NCBI RefSeq assembly: GCF_006345805.1
Contig: NC_042998.1
Coordinates: 103,106,001-103,170,000 of the forward strand
Length of the DNA: 64,000 nt
Direction of reading: 5' to 3'
Origin: Octopus sinensis
Taxonomy: Eukaryota
Shown here: positions 40,272-53,720 of the stretch, in pieces
Numbering within the stretch: the first letter of the stretch is position 1
Layout of the letters: every line of letters begins with the position of its first letter
Notes under the pieces: generated by a model
What the model was told of the DNA's origin: nothing
Databases searched by the model: none
What the model saw: only the letters and a program-made list of their open reading frames with translations
Made by a program: the position numbers and the translations under genes

Positions 40272-40333
40272 CGTGTTCTGTCCTTACCTTCAAAACACGC
40301 ATTGAGTCGAACCAGGGACAGCTGATGAAGGGG
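40272..40333 (+). ncRNA. Same motif, copy 2 (G12A mutated)
   Basis: CGTGT-T-CTGTCC-tta-CCTTC-AAA-ACACG…GGACAG-CTGATGA-AGGGG. Confidence 0.35.
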
Positions 40334-40610
40334 AATATCCTTGTATTGTTTGTCTTGTACTCTGTCTTTTCGTTGTTAAAAAATTCCGTTTCCTAGTTTG
40401 TTTTTATGTTTTCGTTTCTCGTTGTGCTCTACGTTTATTTGAGGTGTCCTGTACTCACATATATATATATGCATGTATATATACATATAGATGTAGGTAC
40501 GTACATATATGTATGTATGTATGCATATATTTTATTTATATATATATATATACATATATATATGTATATATATGTATATATATATATTATATGTATATAT
40601 ATATAGATAT

Positions 40611-40650
<40 letters not shown>

Positions 40651-41031
40651 AGATTAGAAGCATGTTCGACTATGAGCGAAGAAGCATGACCTCTCGCTTT
40701 TACTATTTTAATATATATATATATATATATATAAACTGTACTGGGAGAAGAAGAAACGAAACGAAACGGAACGAATCTAATCGAATCGACGCGAAGGCGC
40801 TCAGTCATACAATAGTGTAATAAATAAAATATATGCATACATACATACATATATGTACTTACCTACATCTACGTGTATATATACATGCATATATAAATAT
40901 ATATACGTGAGTACAGGACACCACAAATAGACGCAGAACTCAACGAGAACGAAAACGTAAAAACAAGCATGGAACGAACCTTTTTTTACAAAGAAAAAAC
41001 AGAGTACTTGACAAACTACATAAGGAAAAAT

Positions 41032-41092
41032 CCCCTTCATCAGCTGTCCCTAGTTCAACTCCAGCGTGTTTCGAAGGTGAGGACAGAACACG
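41032..41092 (-). ncRNA. Same motif, copy 3 (second subfamily)
   Basis: CGTGT-T-CTGTCC-tca-CCTTC-GAA-ACACG-15 nt-GGACAG-CTGATGA-AGGGG. Confidence 0.45.
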
Positions 41093-41407
41093 ACTCTTCG
41101 AACTAGCCCTTCCTGCGAAGAAATTAAAGGAAATTACTTCGCAGAGGGGTAAAAACTAGGAAAGAACAAAATGTGACACAAACAGGACGTAAAAACGATA
41201 CAAATAAAATTACAAAATAAAATACAAAATAAAATACAATTACAAAAAATACAAAATATATATATATATATAATATATATACGTGAGTACAGGACACCAC
41301 AAATAGACGCAGAACTCAACGAGAACGAAAACGTAAAAACAAGCATGGAACGAACCTTTTTTTACAAAGAAAAAACAGAGTACTTGACAAACTACATAAG
41401 GAAAAAT

Positions 41408-41468
41408 CCCCTTCATCAGCTGTCCCTAGTTCAACTCCAGCGTGTTTCGAAGGTGAGGACAGAACACG
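41408..41468 (-). ncRNA. Same motif, copy 4 (tandem duplicate of copy 3)
   Basis: Identical to copy 3. Confidence 0.45.
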
Positions 41469-41627
41469 ACTCTTCGAACTAGCCCTTCCTGCGAAGAAAT
41501 TAAAGGAAATTACTTCGCAGAGGGGTAAAAACTAGGAAAGAACAAAATGTGACACAAACAGGACGTAAAAACGATACAAATAAAATTACAAAATAAAATA
41601 CAAAATAAAATACAATTACAAAAAATA

Positions 41628-41684
<57 letters not shown>

Positions 41685-41937
41685 CAAAATTTGGGGGTTT
41701 AGTTCACAGATCATCTAAACGATTAGGTACGCTAGGTAAGTACTGTAACGGATTACTAGTCCTGAAAGGTTATAGCCGAGACGGTAGTTATAGTGCCATT
41801 GCAGGTTTACGATATAGCGGATAAATAATTGTTAAAGAGGACAACAAACGTTAAGGCAAGGCAAACATCTCAAGTCATATACATTATTATTACTGGGAAA
41901 AAGTCATTGTCTTACAGCTTACAAGTGTGTGTGGGGG

Positions 41938-42320
41938 GGGCGCAGGAGTAGCTGTGTGGTAAGTAGCTTGAATACCAAACACATGGTTCCCAGTTCAGTT
42001 CCACGTGGCACCTTTGACAAATGTCTTCTTCTATAGCATCGAGCCGACCAAAGCCTTGTGAGTGGATTTGTTAGACGGAAACTGAAATAAGCCCGTCGTA
42101 TATCTATGTGAGATTGTATTAGTGTGTCTATTTTTGTCCCCCCCCATCACCTAACGACCGATGTTGGTGTGTTCACGTCCTCGTTACCTAGCGGTTTGGC
42201 AAAAGGTACCGATTGAATAAGTGCTAGGCTTACAGATAATAAGTCCTGGGGTCGATTTGTTCGACTAAAGGTGGTGCTCCAGCATGGCTGCAGTGAAGAT
42301 GGCTGAAACAAAAAGAAAAA
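41938..42320 (+). mobile_element. tRNA-derived SINE, family A
   Basis: gggcgcaggagtagctgtgtggtaagtagc… and tail ggtgctccagcatggctgcag. Confidence 0.85.
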
Positions 42321-45061
42321 TATATATAGGGAGATAATATACATATCCTAATCCTTATTTCGAGGCTTTCAATTTCGGCTGACTTTCATGAACCGTAAAT
42401 AATTGGGGCTGAATTTCATTGATGCATTTCAGTATATGCTATACATCCAAGACTTCATAGGTCGATAAAAAAATAAGACAGAATAAATAAAGGAGCCATA
42501 CAGAGGTGAGCGTCTGCATGTCGCGCGCGCGCGAGTGCAAGTTAAAGAATCTAAGTTCTCTCTTAATGAGGTGCTTAAAACAATGTTTTATATTTTCGAC
42601 TACGTAAAATATGAATTTTAAAACCTCATCTCAAAAGAAAATCTAAATAATACTTCACAGCTCATATTCTTTGAATTAATATGCATTAGTTGAGGAAATA
42701 TAGTATTGTTTTATAAAAACAAATTTCATATGCGTAAACTTAGATTTGATGGCTATCAAAATGATAGCCATCAGATTTAAAGAACTTTCCGGAAAGTTGG
42801 CATTTTGATGACCACTGTTCTTCATTGGGTTGAATCACACCATCGTTGACTATCTATGTATTTGAGCTATCGTGTCACGCTTTGACAAATGAGAATTAGG
42901 CTAGCTACAATGTTGGTTGAGGGTCTAAGTAATAATGGAGTAAATAGCCAGTTCATTTTCTGTATATATGTATATGTGTGTGTATGTATGTGTAAGGGGG
43001 TGGATGTGTGCTTACTGTGGCTGGGCCCATGTCTACATGTCTCTATATATGTGACATTTGTGAATATGCAAGTATATGTAAATAGAGGTTTCGTGCTCAC
43101 ATGCAGATTTTTCTCGAATGATCAAACACGTCGACTTTATTGCCACATATATCACTAGAATAAATGAAATAACAACATGCGTGAAATCATGCCGAAATGT
43201 TATATAGAAATATAATCAAAACTTAGTCTTAATTTAAAACTCAGCTGTTTTTGTTAGGCCCTGGTCAATCATGATTGATTAGTTTTGTAATGAGAAGTAT
43301 TTCAGTATTTGTGTATGTATCAGTGCTTTAGTAATTTTCAATTAAGATAGTAAGAGGTAATTTGAAGGAAATTTAATAATTATTTTTAGCAGAACAAGTG
43401 AACCAAATAGTCTCTTGTAGTAGGAATATTATTCAGCCTTTCAAATATTGATACAAAGGAATAGAACAAGGAAGTTTAGGAAGATATACAGTAGATTTAA
43501 ACTCATAATGTTTCAAGTTCATGAACTCTATACAGAGATATACAAAATGAAATTCTTTGCATAGATATGAAGTCAATTTAATTACACAACTAATGTATTA
43601 TTTACTAGGCAGAAGTGATTAGATCAATGGAGCAAAAAATAATTCCAGTCCAGCTGATTCTGATATTTTTTAACAATAATTGTTATTCATGAAGGTGCTC
43701 CTTCTATGGCTTGTATATTAAAAAAAATATCTCTGATATCATCATCGATCAGTTTCCTTTTCTTTTTCCTCTTTTAATTTAATATACGTCCTATTATTTT
43801 ATCGTAGGTCATCTATCGGTATTTGCATTTTTGTACAATTTACACAGCCGTGATTCCTTGCTCTTAATACCAAATGTCAGTTACAATAGTAAAATTAATC
43901 TTTACCACATGAAACTTCATTTACCACATCAGAAGCTCACGGTATTTTAAAATTTTGTTCACAATCAGGCTCCACAGTCATATTCACAAAATGAAAAGCT
44001 AGCTTACTATTGATATATCGGCCTTAATTTCAAAATCTCAGTGACTATAGTAGCAGACAAGAACAACTACTATCATGTTCACTTGTGCAAGTTAACTTGT
44101 GAGTGATCGTCAGTTGATTGTCAAAGCTACATAACACTGATTAAATTTCTCTTAAGGATGAGAAAACATCATTCACCCTTAAATATTTGCTGATTAACGA
44201 CACCCAAGTTCAACTGACATTGGAGTAGTAGCGATATAATTGAGACGTGCGAGTGCTATCCTTACAAGCAACCACATCTTAATATCACACACAAAGGGGA
44301 GGAAATACGGCTGATTCGCAAGCAGTCACTATCACTAAAAGTATGTGTTCGTGATGTCCTTGCTTACACCTTTCTTTGAATGGACTCTGCTTCTCTGGTT
44401 GGACATTCTGTAAGTTACCCCACCCAGTCCTATATAATAAACATGTCTTTTCTTCTAGTCATCTTTATTGCTACTAACTATCATTCACCACCTCACAATT
44501 TATCCCTCTACCGCTACCAGTTCCCATACTAAACATTCCAAAAAATTTTATTTTTCTTGAAACCCTGTACGTTGCATGTCAATTGATAGATGTTAAAGAT
44601 AAACTTTCGTATTATTTTCATCAACTTTGAAAGGACTACAATGGCCATAAGCACCGTCTTTACAGAGACTGTGTATGCTTGAAAATTTAAAACACATATA
44701 AAAAAAGTCTTTAAACACTTGAATAAATAAAAAAAAATTGTAATATTGTGTGATATATATCCTTGATTTTAGTTGGCTTCTTCGAGAACATAAAAAAGCA
44801 TTTTAGTAAATATGAATTTCGAAAAGTCAGGCAGAATATTGAAGAAGAAATATTCATCGATTTTCTCAAAAACAAATACAATGCAACAATAAATTTTAAC
44901 AATAAATATATGTATATATATAAGTAACAAAGATTTTAAACTTCAGAAAGAGAATGAAGTGGAAACAAGAAACTGAACAACAGAATATGATTATCAAGAA
45001 AGCGAAAAAAGCAAGAGTTTATTTTACATTGTACGTGTGTCTACTTAAGTATATATATATA

Positions 45062-45121
<60 letters not shown>

Positions 45122-45232
45122 GTATATATGTGTGTGTGTGTGTGTATGTGTGTGTGTGTGTGTGTTTGTGCGCGCGTGTGTGTGTATATATGTATATATA
45201 TATAATATTATATATGTATATATATATATATG

Positions 45233-45265
<33 letters not shown>

Positions 45266-45900
45266 CACAATGTATATATTTATATATAGAAGTATATACA
45301 GAAATGCATGCAAATGTATAAAATTCATACATATATGTACTTTGTGTATAAATATATATACATGTATATATATATGTATATATGTGTGTGTGTGAGTGAG
45401 TATGTATATAGTGTATATATTTATGTAAATTATGAATATACAAATACATACTACCTGTACGTATGTATGTGTGTATATATGTGTGTGAGTGAATCTTTTA
45501 GAGTGTTTGCTTGTTCGTGTGTATACATGTGTGTCTGTTTGAATTGGCATTTCATTATATTTGACCATAAACAGGTGTTTGCATGTGTTCTTGCGTATAT
45601 GTACAAGATATAATCGATACTGTTTGTTTCATAACTTCTTTGTATTTAGATTTATATGTGTGAGATTATTCGTAGGGTTTATTTGAAATGTGTGTGTGCG
45701 TGTGTGCATTTCTGTACACGTGTATATGTGTGCTCTTGCAATCTTGCATACAATATCAAATATATATGTATGTGTGTATATTTATATATGTGTGTGTGTG
45801 TGTGTGTATTTGTATTTTTATGAAGAACATAAGATCATCGTAGTAAGAACATTTAACATGAAGAGCAGCCACGTAGAAGTTACGAAAAGAAAACACGGAT

Positions 45901-45969
45901 CTACTTGTCATGAATGGCTTTCAGCTCAAGTTCCTTTGTTTGACATGTGTCACAAAGATTCTGACTGCG
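45901..45969 (-). CDS. Possible terminal coding exon (RSQNLCDTCQTKELELKAIHDK*), unknown protein
   Basis: Strong polypyrimidine acceptor cttttctatccttctttgctAG|, then an open frame with CxxC to TAG. No homology recognised. Confidence 0.3.
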   Translation of the reverse strand, partial: RSQNLCDTCQTKELELKAIHDK

Positions 45970-46203
45970 CTAGCAAAGAAGGATAGAAAAGAAAAAGGAT
46001 ACATTATCTATAGAGAATATAACTTCAAATAGATCGATAGATTAGCAGAAATGATAACATTGTGGCCATGTTGTAAATACCAATATCCCTTGACACTAAC
46101 AAATATTATCATATTATCTCTTTCAGACACTTACACTTTGATGTGAACTTTTTACTTCCAGCACGTTTGGATTATGCAGTGTGTGGATATGTTCGTGTGT
46201 ATT

Positions 46204-46292
<89 letters not shown>

Positions 46293-46959
46293 GTACATAT
46301 ACAGACACACAGAGACACACATACAGACATATATATATACATACATATACAGCCACACAAGAGACATGCACACACGCACACATACGCGCGCGCGTCTATA
46401 TATATTTATAGGGATATATTAATGTGTAATATGTGTATATGTAAATGTATGTGTATACATATATATTATGCATATACATCATATTATATTATATTATATA
46501 TTATATATGTGCGTAGGCATTAAAAATCTATGGTATACACACAGGCACATACATTTATTTACATTGGCGTATTAATGGTGCCCTCTAATGATTCGGTGTT
46601 GTGTATAGTCCGAGGTCACTCCTGTTCTAACAGATATATGATTATTACTATTCAAAGGGTTGATTGGGTTCGATCCTCAGATCTATAGCTTGTGATAGGA
46701 TATGATATGACACATACTTGAAGAGCCAACTGTATTTTCAACAAACGATGGTTTTATACATGTAGTGAAGTACTACAGTGAGCATATTATACAATATCAA
46801 GTACGTTTGTCTATGTTAGCAGATTCTAAACATGGATACAGTGGAGATCGACAAAGTCAGTCTGAAGATGGCAGTAGCTGCTCTTCCATATTTATTATTG
46901 GTGCTAAAGACACTTTGAGGCATATAAGATTTATACACGCAAACACATATATATATTTC

Positions 46960-47175
46960 TTTATTGCCCACAAGGGGCTAAACATAGAGAGGACAAACAA
47001 GGACAGACAAAGGGATTAAGTCGATTACATCGACCCCAGTGCGAAACTGGTACTTTTATTTATTGACCCCGAAAGGATGAAAGGCAAAGTCGACATCGGC
47101 GGAATTTGAACTCAGAACGTAACGACATACGAAATACCGCTAAGCATTCCGCCCGGCGCGCTAACGTGTCTGCTA
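46960..47175 (-). mobile_element. SINE family B
   Basis: Reverse complement of the family B body and head. Confidence 0.85.
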
Positions 47176-47250
47176 TACGGTATAGATACGAACGCATACA
47201 CACACACACGCACACACACAGACACACATACACACACAAACACACACACA

Positions 47251-47298
<48 letters not shown>

Positions 47299-47890
47299 GA
47301 AGCACATATCTGCCAGGTCTAAGTAAAACAGACAGTAGGATTACGTGGTGAATGTTATAATAATGATCTAGGGTAACGCAGATTTGTTAGTTTTTTCGAG
47401 ATAAATTCCTATGAAGTAACAAGGAACTAGCCGACTTTTAAGTTGAAGGCTGACACCATAAAATGTCTAGCTTCCCTTCCAGTTTTAGTTATAGTGAGTG
47501 ATTTTTGGAATTATCTGCATGATAGTGTAGCATTCCGTATAGAAATCATCCATCATGCATCGAATATGTTGTTTGTAAACAAGTGCTGCTGCTTGTTTTT
47601 GTTAGCTAATTATGATTGCAGTGAGTTCTAGTTTCATTTTTCTTTCTTTTGCACCCTGAATATTGTGCAAGTGGTGTAAATATAGATAAAATTAGTAATA
47701 CCTTGTGATATGTTTACGTTGTTGAATTTGATTGTTGACTGTAAGGGATGTTTTCATACCTCTGGAAACAAGGAATGTAACGTATTTGACGAGTACTAGT
47801 ATAATTACATTGTTTCTAACGCAGGTTTCCGATTGATAAAGGCATCACCTATTATATTGCAGTGTATCGGAGTAAGTTGTGGGTGTGATG

Positions 47891-47951
<61 letters not shown>

Positions 47952-48067
47952 GTGTGTGTGTGTGTGTGTTATATCGCACGTTCGGATGACCTCTGCTGCT
48001 GCTGTTCTTGTTGTTTTACAACTGCTTTCAGTAACTCTGCCATTTCTATTCGAAACTGTGTCGCCAC

Positions 48068-48107
<40 letters not shown>

Positions 48108-48479
48108 CCTCGCTATAACGTTGTAAGTTCGTTCCATTGTTCGTATTCCCCCAAATGCAAGTGCATTGATTTGCTAATTAGGTCTTTATGAGAGAAGTGA
48201 GTCACATGTGATATAGCTTAAAATGCATAATCATAGTTTATATTCATGTATATATGCTTTCCACCACGTTAAACGATTTATTTTTTCCCATCTGTAGTTG
48301 AAATGGTCGTAACCTAAGAATAAATGAAATACTATTACTTCCAATGTTTTATTTGTAATGCATTATACTGTGATTGCCGAAAGTTTCCTTGGCCCTCAGT
48401 TAGTTAGTCTCGAACGTTTTCTCTTACTGAAGCATTGTGTCTTTCCGTACATCCTGTTACCTAATATTCGTACGAGTGC

Positions 48480-49850
48480 TGACTGATGTAAACGCCCTGA
48501 TTTTACAAAAGTGTTATAAATTTCATAATGAAGAATTAGATATGCTAAATCATCTTCCGAAAACAGGTAAATAATTCTGATTGTACCTTTCGATGCATTC
48601 AAACATTGTATCTTTTCGAGTCTGTATCCAGACATCCCACACGATTCTGGAATTGAATCCTTTAATTCGGGTGTTGTACCAAAAACTTACAACAAAAATA
48701 TGGGAATACATTTTGAAGCATATATCCGATAGAAAGAACGCATATAATAATCAAAAGGATTCAAAATTCTCAATAGATTTAACAAAATATATAATGCACT
48801 AAGGAATATTATCAAGGCCAAATCGCAGTTTTAGACATTTTAATAAAGAAAGTCTAAAACCAAATAAAGGCAGACATTTACTATAAACCTACAATCTCTA
48901 AATAATACATTTCAGCTCGAAGACATCTGAGATACACTAGAGTAATTTCCCTTATAACGATAATGGATCCGCACAATTACACCCGATAAAAACATTCATG
49001 ACATATGGTTTCAAGAACTAAAGTATACACTCTTGGACAGGAATTATCCACCAACGTTAATCAATAATGGAATACAACGGGAACTAACGCAAACAAAACT
49101 AAGAAGTGTTTTGACTGAACCAAATCCTTCAAATACATACCATCATAGAAATAAAAACAAACAGTCCAAATAAATGCAAAAAATACTAAGGCCAAAATTT
49201 ACATATAAATAGCAGGACCAACAATAAAAAAGATCACGGGAGAGAAAAGATTCACTTGTGTACTTGAAATCCGAATATATGCAATTATATGCTCAGGATT
49301 CGGAGAGAACTACGTATGACAAACATGAATATCCTTAAGACGGTGCATTGCTCCATACAGATCACAAAAAATGAATACAGATAAATAGGAATTCGTGAAC
49401 ACGGATATATATGAGTTGAGAAGAAACAACTAAATTTACATTCTTCTCCTTATGCTAATTTGCAGATGGCATATCACAACAGAAGCACATCAACCAAGAA
49501 GTATATATCTTAACCAAATACCAACCACTTCTAAGTCACTGAAACTACAACTTCTGTTAATGATGCTGTTGCAACTACCACTGCAGTGTCTTTTAAATTT
49601 GCCATTACGATTGATACAGCTACTACCAGTAATACTACATCTACTTCTGAAATTGTTGCTGTTAATTATACTCGTGAGATTGACACAGCCAATACTACCA
49701 CGGCCATTACTAATGTTGCTGCTTCTAGTAATAACCACTCTTTAAAACTAAGGTTCTTGGTAAGAAGCAAAAACAACTGTCATCGTTAAACCTGTTACTA
49801 CTATTTGTACGACCCAGTGGGTAACAGAAGGAAACCAATAAAGATAACCA
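48480..49850 (+). mobile_element. Degraded Penelope-like element (RT, GIY-YIG remnant, 3' UTR)
   Basis: SLYPDIPH, LDILI, ADIYYKPT and LLDRNYPP remnants, then a low-complexity UTR and an eroded HHR-like hairpin ggttctt(ggt)aagaagc-aaaaac-aact-gtc near 49755-49785. Confidence 0.7.
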
Positions 49851-50030
49851 ATAATAAAACGTGATCTTCTACGCGTAATTTCATGAAAGATTAATTTAAT
49901 TCACTTCAATTTATTTTCCTTTCTGTGACAGTATGATTAAATAATCTTCTGAAAAGTTTGTAACGGGCAGCATATGGTGATCCCAAGAATTTTTCTTGTT
50001 ATATAGTATGCATGTGTGTGTGTATACTTT

Positions 50031-50100
<70 letters not shown>

Positions 50101-50131
50101 GATAATACATATATTTATATGTGTGTGTGTG

Positions 50132-50492
50132 TGGAGGTGCAATGGTCCAGTGCTTAGTGCAGCGGACTCGCGGTTGTAGGATTGCGGTTTCGATTCCCAG
50201 ACCGGGTGATGTGAGTGATTATTGAGTGAAAACGCCTAAAGCCCCATGAGGCACCGACAGGAAGTGGTGGCGAACCCTGCTGTACTCTTTCACCACAACT
50301 TTCTCTCACTCTTTGCTTCATGTTTCTCTCGTACCTGTATTTTAAAGAGCCAGCCTTATCACACTCTGTGCCACGAAAAATCTCCTCGAGAACTACGTTA
50401 AGAGCATACCTGTCTGTGGTGTGCTCAGCCACTTGCTGTTCCGTTGATCGAATCAGCTGAAACCCTCGTCGTCGTAACCAACGGAATGCCAC
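50132..50492 (+). mobile_element. tRNA-derived SINE, family C
   Basis: ggaggtgcaatggtccagtgcttagtgcagcggactcgcggttgtaggattgcggtttcgattccc. Confidence 0.85.
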
Positions 50493-50507
50493 AATATATA
50501 TATATAT

Positions 50508-51972
50508 ACTAGCATTAAAGACTCGTCGTTGCCGGGTCATAGTGCTAGTGCATGTATATATGTGTATATATATGTGTGTATACATATTACATGTATAACT
50601 ATATATATACATCTACACATAAAATACAAAATACAAAGTTATATCTTGATATTGCAAGTGATAACAATACTCAAAATATATAACAGACTGGAATTGTTAG
50701 CCGGTCTCTTGTAATTTCGATCAATTGTATTTTGTCCTCCCTCTTGTATAGAGGTGTGGCTACAATCCAGCCTACCTCTACTTCGTGGGGGGGGGACAAT
50801 TTTATTTTTTTCCGGGACGTCCTACGTCCCAGATATAAAGGTAAAAATAAAACATTTCCACTTTGCAAGTTCGAGTCGAGTACTCCCTTGCACGCTCCGT
50901 TGACTCGAACCTTGCTTCTATAGTGGCAAATTTACCGCCTCTGCTTAGATATATTTCATAGTCGCACCAAGACACTTTTCGATGATGCTTTCCTCCAGGT
51001 ATTCAAATCTTTTTTTTTTCTACATTGTATACTTTATAGACAATAGTTTTTTCTTTAATTTAATTTTTTATTTCGTTTGGTGGTGTTATCCTAGATTCAC
51101 CGTCTCTGTCGGTGATCAATCCGTATTTCTTCCATTTTAATTTCAATGAGTTCGCACTCGCCGACGGCTGCAACGAAATTTATTTTTGGACTTTCTTCTA
51201 TCGAAGGTATTCTAACAAAATTACTTCCGTGTAAACGGTGAAAATATTGCCAATTTCCCTAAATAGGGACACAATTCAATTTTTAAACAATACACAAAGC
51301 TCCTTCTCCCAAAGGGGGAGGGCTACAGTTTACAATTTTTTAACAATTTAACAAATGCAACACAACATTTCCCTTACGAGGAACCAACAAACGTGATAAC
51401 AATATTTAAACAGTAATGATAATAACAAACCTTACAGTGAATCAAAAAACAGAACGCAGTTGAAGCTATAGTCCTTTATATATAATAGTCCATCTGGACT
51501 ATTCCATTTCTGCACGCTAATTTTATTTTTAATTTATTCCCATTCATGCGAAATCACTTATTCAAGTTCAAATCATTGATGCAATTTTATACCAATTGCT
51601 ATTTTTAGTTTTTGTTATGTTACGATTATATTATACTTTAGTTTGATTTTAATTATTACTTATTATTATTATTATTTTTATTGTTAAAGTGAAAACATCT
51701 GACATAAAATAGAGAAATATTTTTGTTTCACTTTTAACACGTAATACTGAAATAGTGGAGAAGATATGATATTGCTTTGGGCTCGCTCTAGGCAAGAAGT
51801 TGAACATTTTTTTGCCCATGAAACTACATGGACCCTAAGTAAGGCATGTGTAAAATTTTAATGAAATTGGTTGTGTAGTTCTGAAGTTTTAGGGAAACAC
51901 ACAGATAGACTGACTGACAGACATACAGACAGATAGACAGACACACATTCTCAGTTTTATATATATAAAGAT
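50508..51972 (+). mobile_element. Helentron/DINE-like non-autonomous element, copy 1
   Basis: 5' actagca…gac(t/c)cgtc…cgggtc…tgctagt nested hairpin; 3' (acag)n-acacattctcagttttatatatataaagat. Confidence 0.65.
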
Positions 51973-51986
51973 ATATATATATATAT

Positions 51987-52844
51987 ACTAGCATTAAAGA
52001 CCCGTCGTTGACGGGTCATAGTGCTAGTGCATGTATATATGTGTATATATATGGGTACATATTACATGTACATCTATATATATACATCTACACATAAAAT
52101 GCAAAATACAAAGTTATATCTTGATATCGCTAGTGATAACAATACTCAAAACATATAACAGACTGGAATTGTTAGCTCTTCTTTTTTCTCTACATTGTAT
52201 ACTTTATAGACAATGGGCTTTTCTTTAATTTAATTTTTTATTATCCATCTGGACTATTCCATTTCTGCACGCTAATTTTATTTTTAATTTAATTCCCATT
52301 CATGTGAAACCATTTATTCAAGTTGAAATCATTGATGCAAATTTATACCAATTGCTATTTTTACTTATATTATACTTTAGTTTGATTTTAATTATTACTT
52401 ACTACATATAATTCAATTATTATTATTTTTATTGTTAAAGTGAAAGCATCTGACATAAAATAGAGAAATATTTTTGTTTCACTTTTAACACGTAATACTG
52501 AAATAGTGGAGAAGATATGATATTGCTTTGGGCTCGCTCTAGGCAAGAAGTTGAACATTTTTTTTTTGCCCATGAAACTACATGGACCCTAAGTAAGGCA
52601 TGTGTAAAATTTGAATGAAATTGGTTGTGTAGTTCTCAAGTTTTAGGGAATCCTAGTGGAGAAGATATGATATTGCTGTGGGCTCGTCCTAGGCAAAAAG
52701 TTGAAATTTCTGTGCCGATGACACTCGCCGGATCCTAAATAAGGCATATGTAAAATTTGAATGAAATTGGTTCTGTAGTTCTGAAGTTTTAGGGAAACAC
52801 ACAGACAGACTGACAGACACACATTCTCAGCTTTATATATATAT
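51987..52844 (+). mobile_element. Helentron/DINE-like element, copy 2 (internally deleted, partial 3' duplication)
   Basis: Same termini. Lacks about 50700-51010 and part of 51060-51490. The segment gtggagaagatatgatattgc…agttttaggga occurs twice. Confidence 0.65.
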
Positions 52845-52845
52845 A

Positions 52846-53070
52846 ACCTGAAGATTGAATGTAACCATAACTCGAATTATTACGAATTGTACAGCCATGA
52901 AACGATCGTAGTGTTTTACTCTTTATCTATTATTAAACTTTTAATACTTTTGATATATATTTAAAATAATATAATTTAATTAATTTTATGTATTGGCTTA
53001 TGTTCTTCATTGTTTGATTTGCCTAATAGTGGTTTTATCTCTAATTTAATATAATATTATATAAAGATGT
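52846..53070 (+). mobile_element. PLE-type pseudo-LTR with long-stem-II hammerhead (52846-52915), 5'-clipped
   Basis: ac-CTGAAGA-[44-nt hairpin]-GAAAC-gatc-GTA^-gtgtt. The tail resembles family 1 (…aatagtggttttatctc). Confidence 0.65.
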
Positions 53071-53404
53071 ATATATATATATATATATATGCATATACAT
53101 ATATATTATGTATTATACATGTGTCTGTGTGTGTGTGCAGCGCACAAAAGTACTTACGTATACGTATATAAAATTATGTAACTGTTTTTATGTGATTTCA
53201 CGAACATATGTAGGTGCGTATACTTGTATGCACACGGAGACACGTTCGCGCTTGCGAAATTGCATGGATATACATGCGATGACATATGCCACGATTAGTT
53301 GACAGTTGACATTGGTTGTCAGCGAAGGATGTCACACGTCAAGGAAGCTGGAGATGGGTAGCGGATAAGTGACATGCAAATTTGATCAAGCCAGATTTGA
53401 ACAT

Positions 53405-53406
53405 TT

Positions 53407-53462
<56 letters not shown>

Positions 53463-53720
53463 GTGGTGGTGATGGTGATGACGATGACGACAACGACGAC
53501 GACGACAACGACGACGACACCGACGTGGTGGTGGTGGTGGTGGACGGAGATGATGACAAATATGACGACGATGATATCAAAGATGATAACGAGGAGACTA
53601 ACTATAGGAGAATGACGACGTCGACGACAAGGATGACGGTGACGATCACGATGATAATGATGATGACGAGGATGAGGATAAGGATGATGTCGACAACGAT
53701 TTTGATTATTATGACGAAAA
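53405..53720. repeat. (GAT/GAC/GGT)n trinucleotide mosaic
   Basis: Direct reading. Confidence 0.9.

Larger units (their letters stand above)
39672..41650. mobile_element. Cluster of PLE-type pseudo-LTRs: foldback centred at about 40175, plus a second subfamily in tandem (40905-41280 / 41281-41640, period 376 bp)
   Basis: 39720-40170 versus 40180-40540 are inverted. The anchor acgtgagtacaggacacc is at 40905 and 41281. All copies carry CAGCTGATGAAGGGG. Confidence 0.75.
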
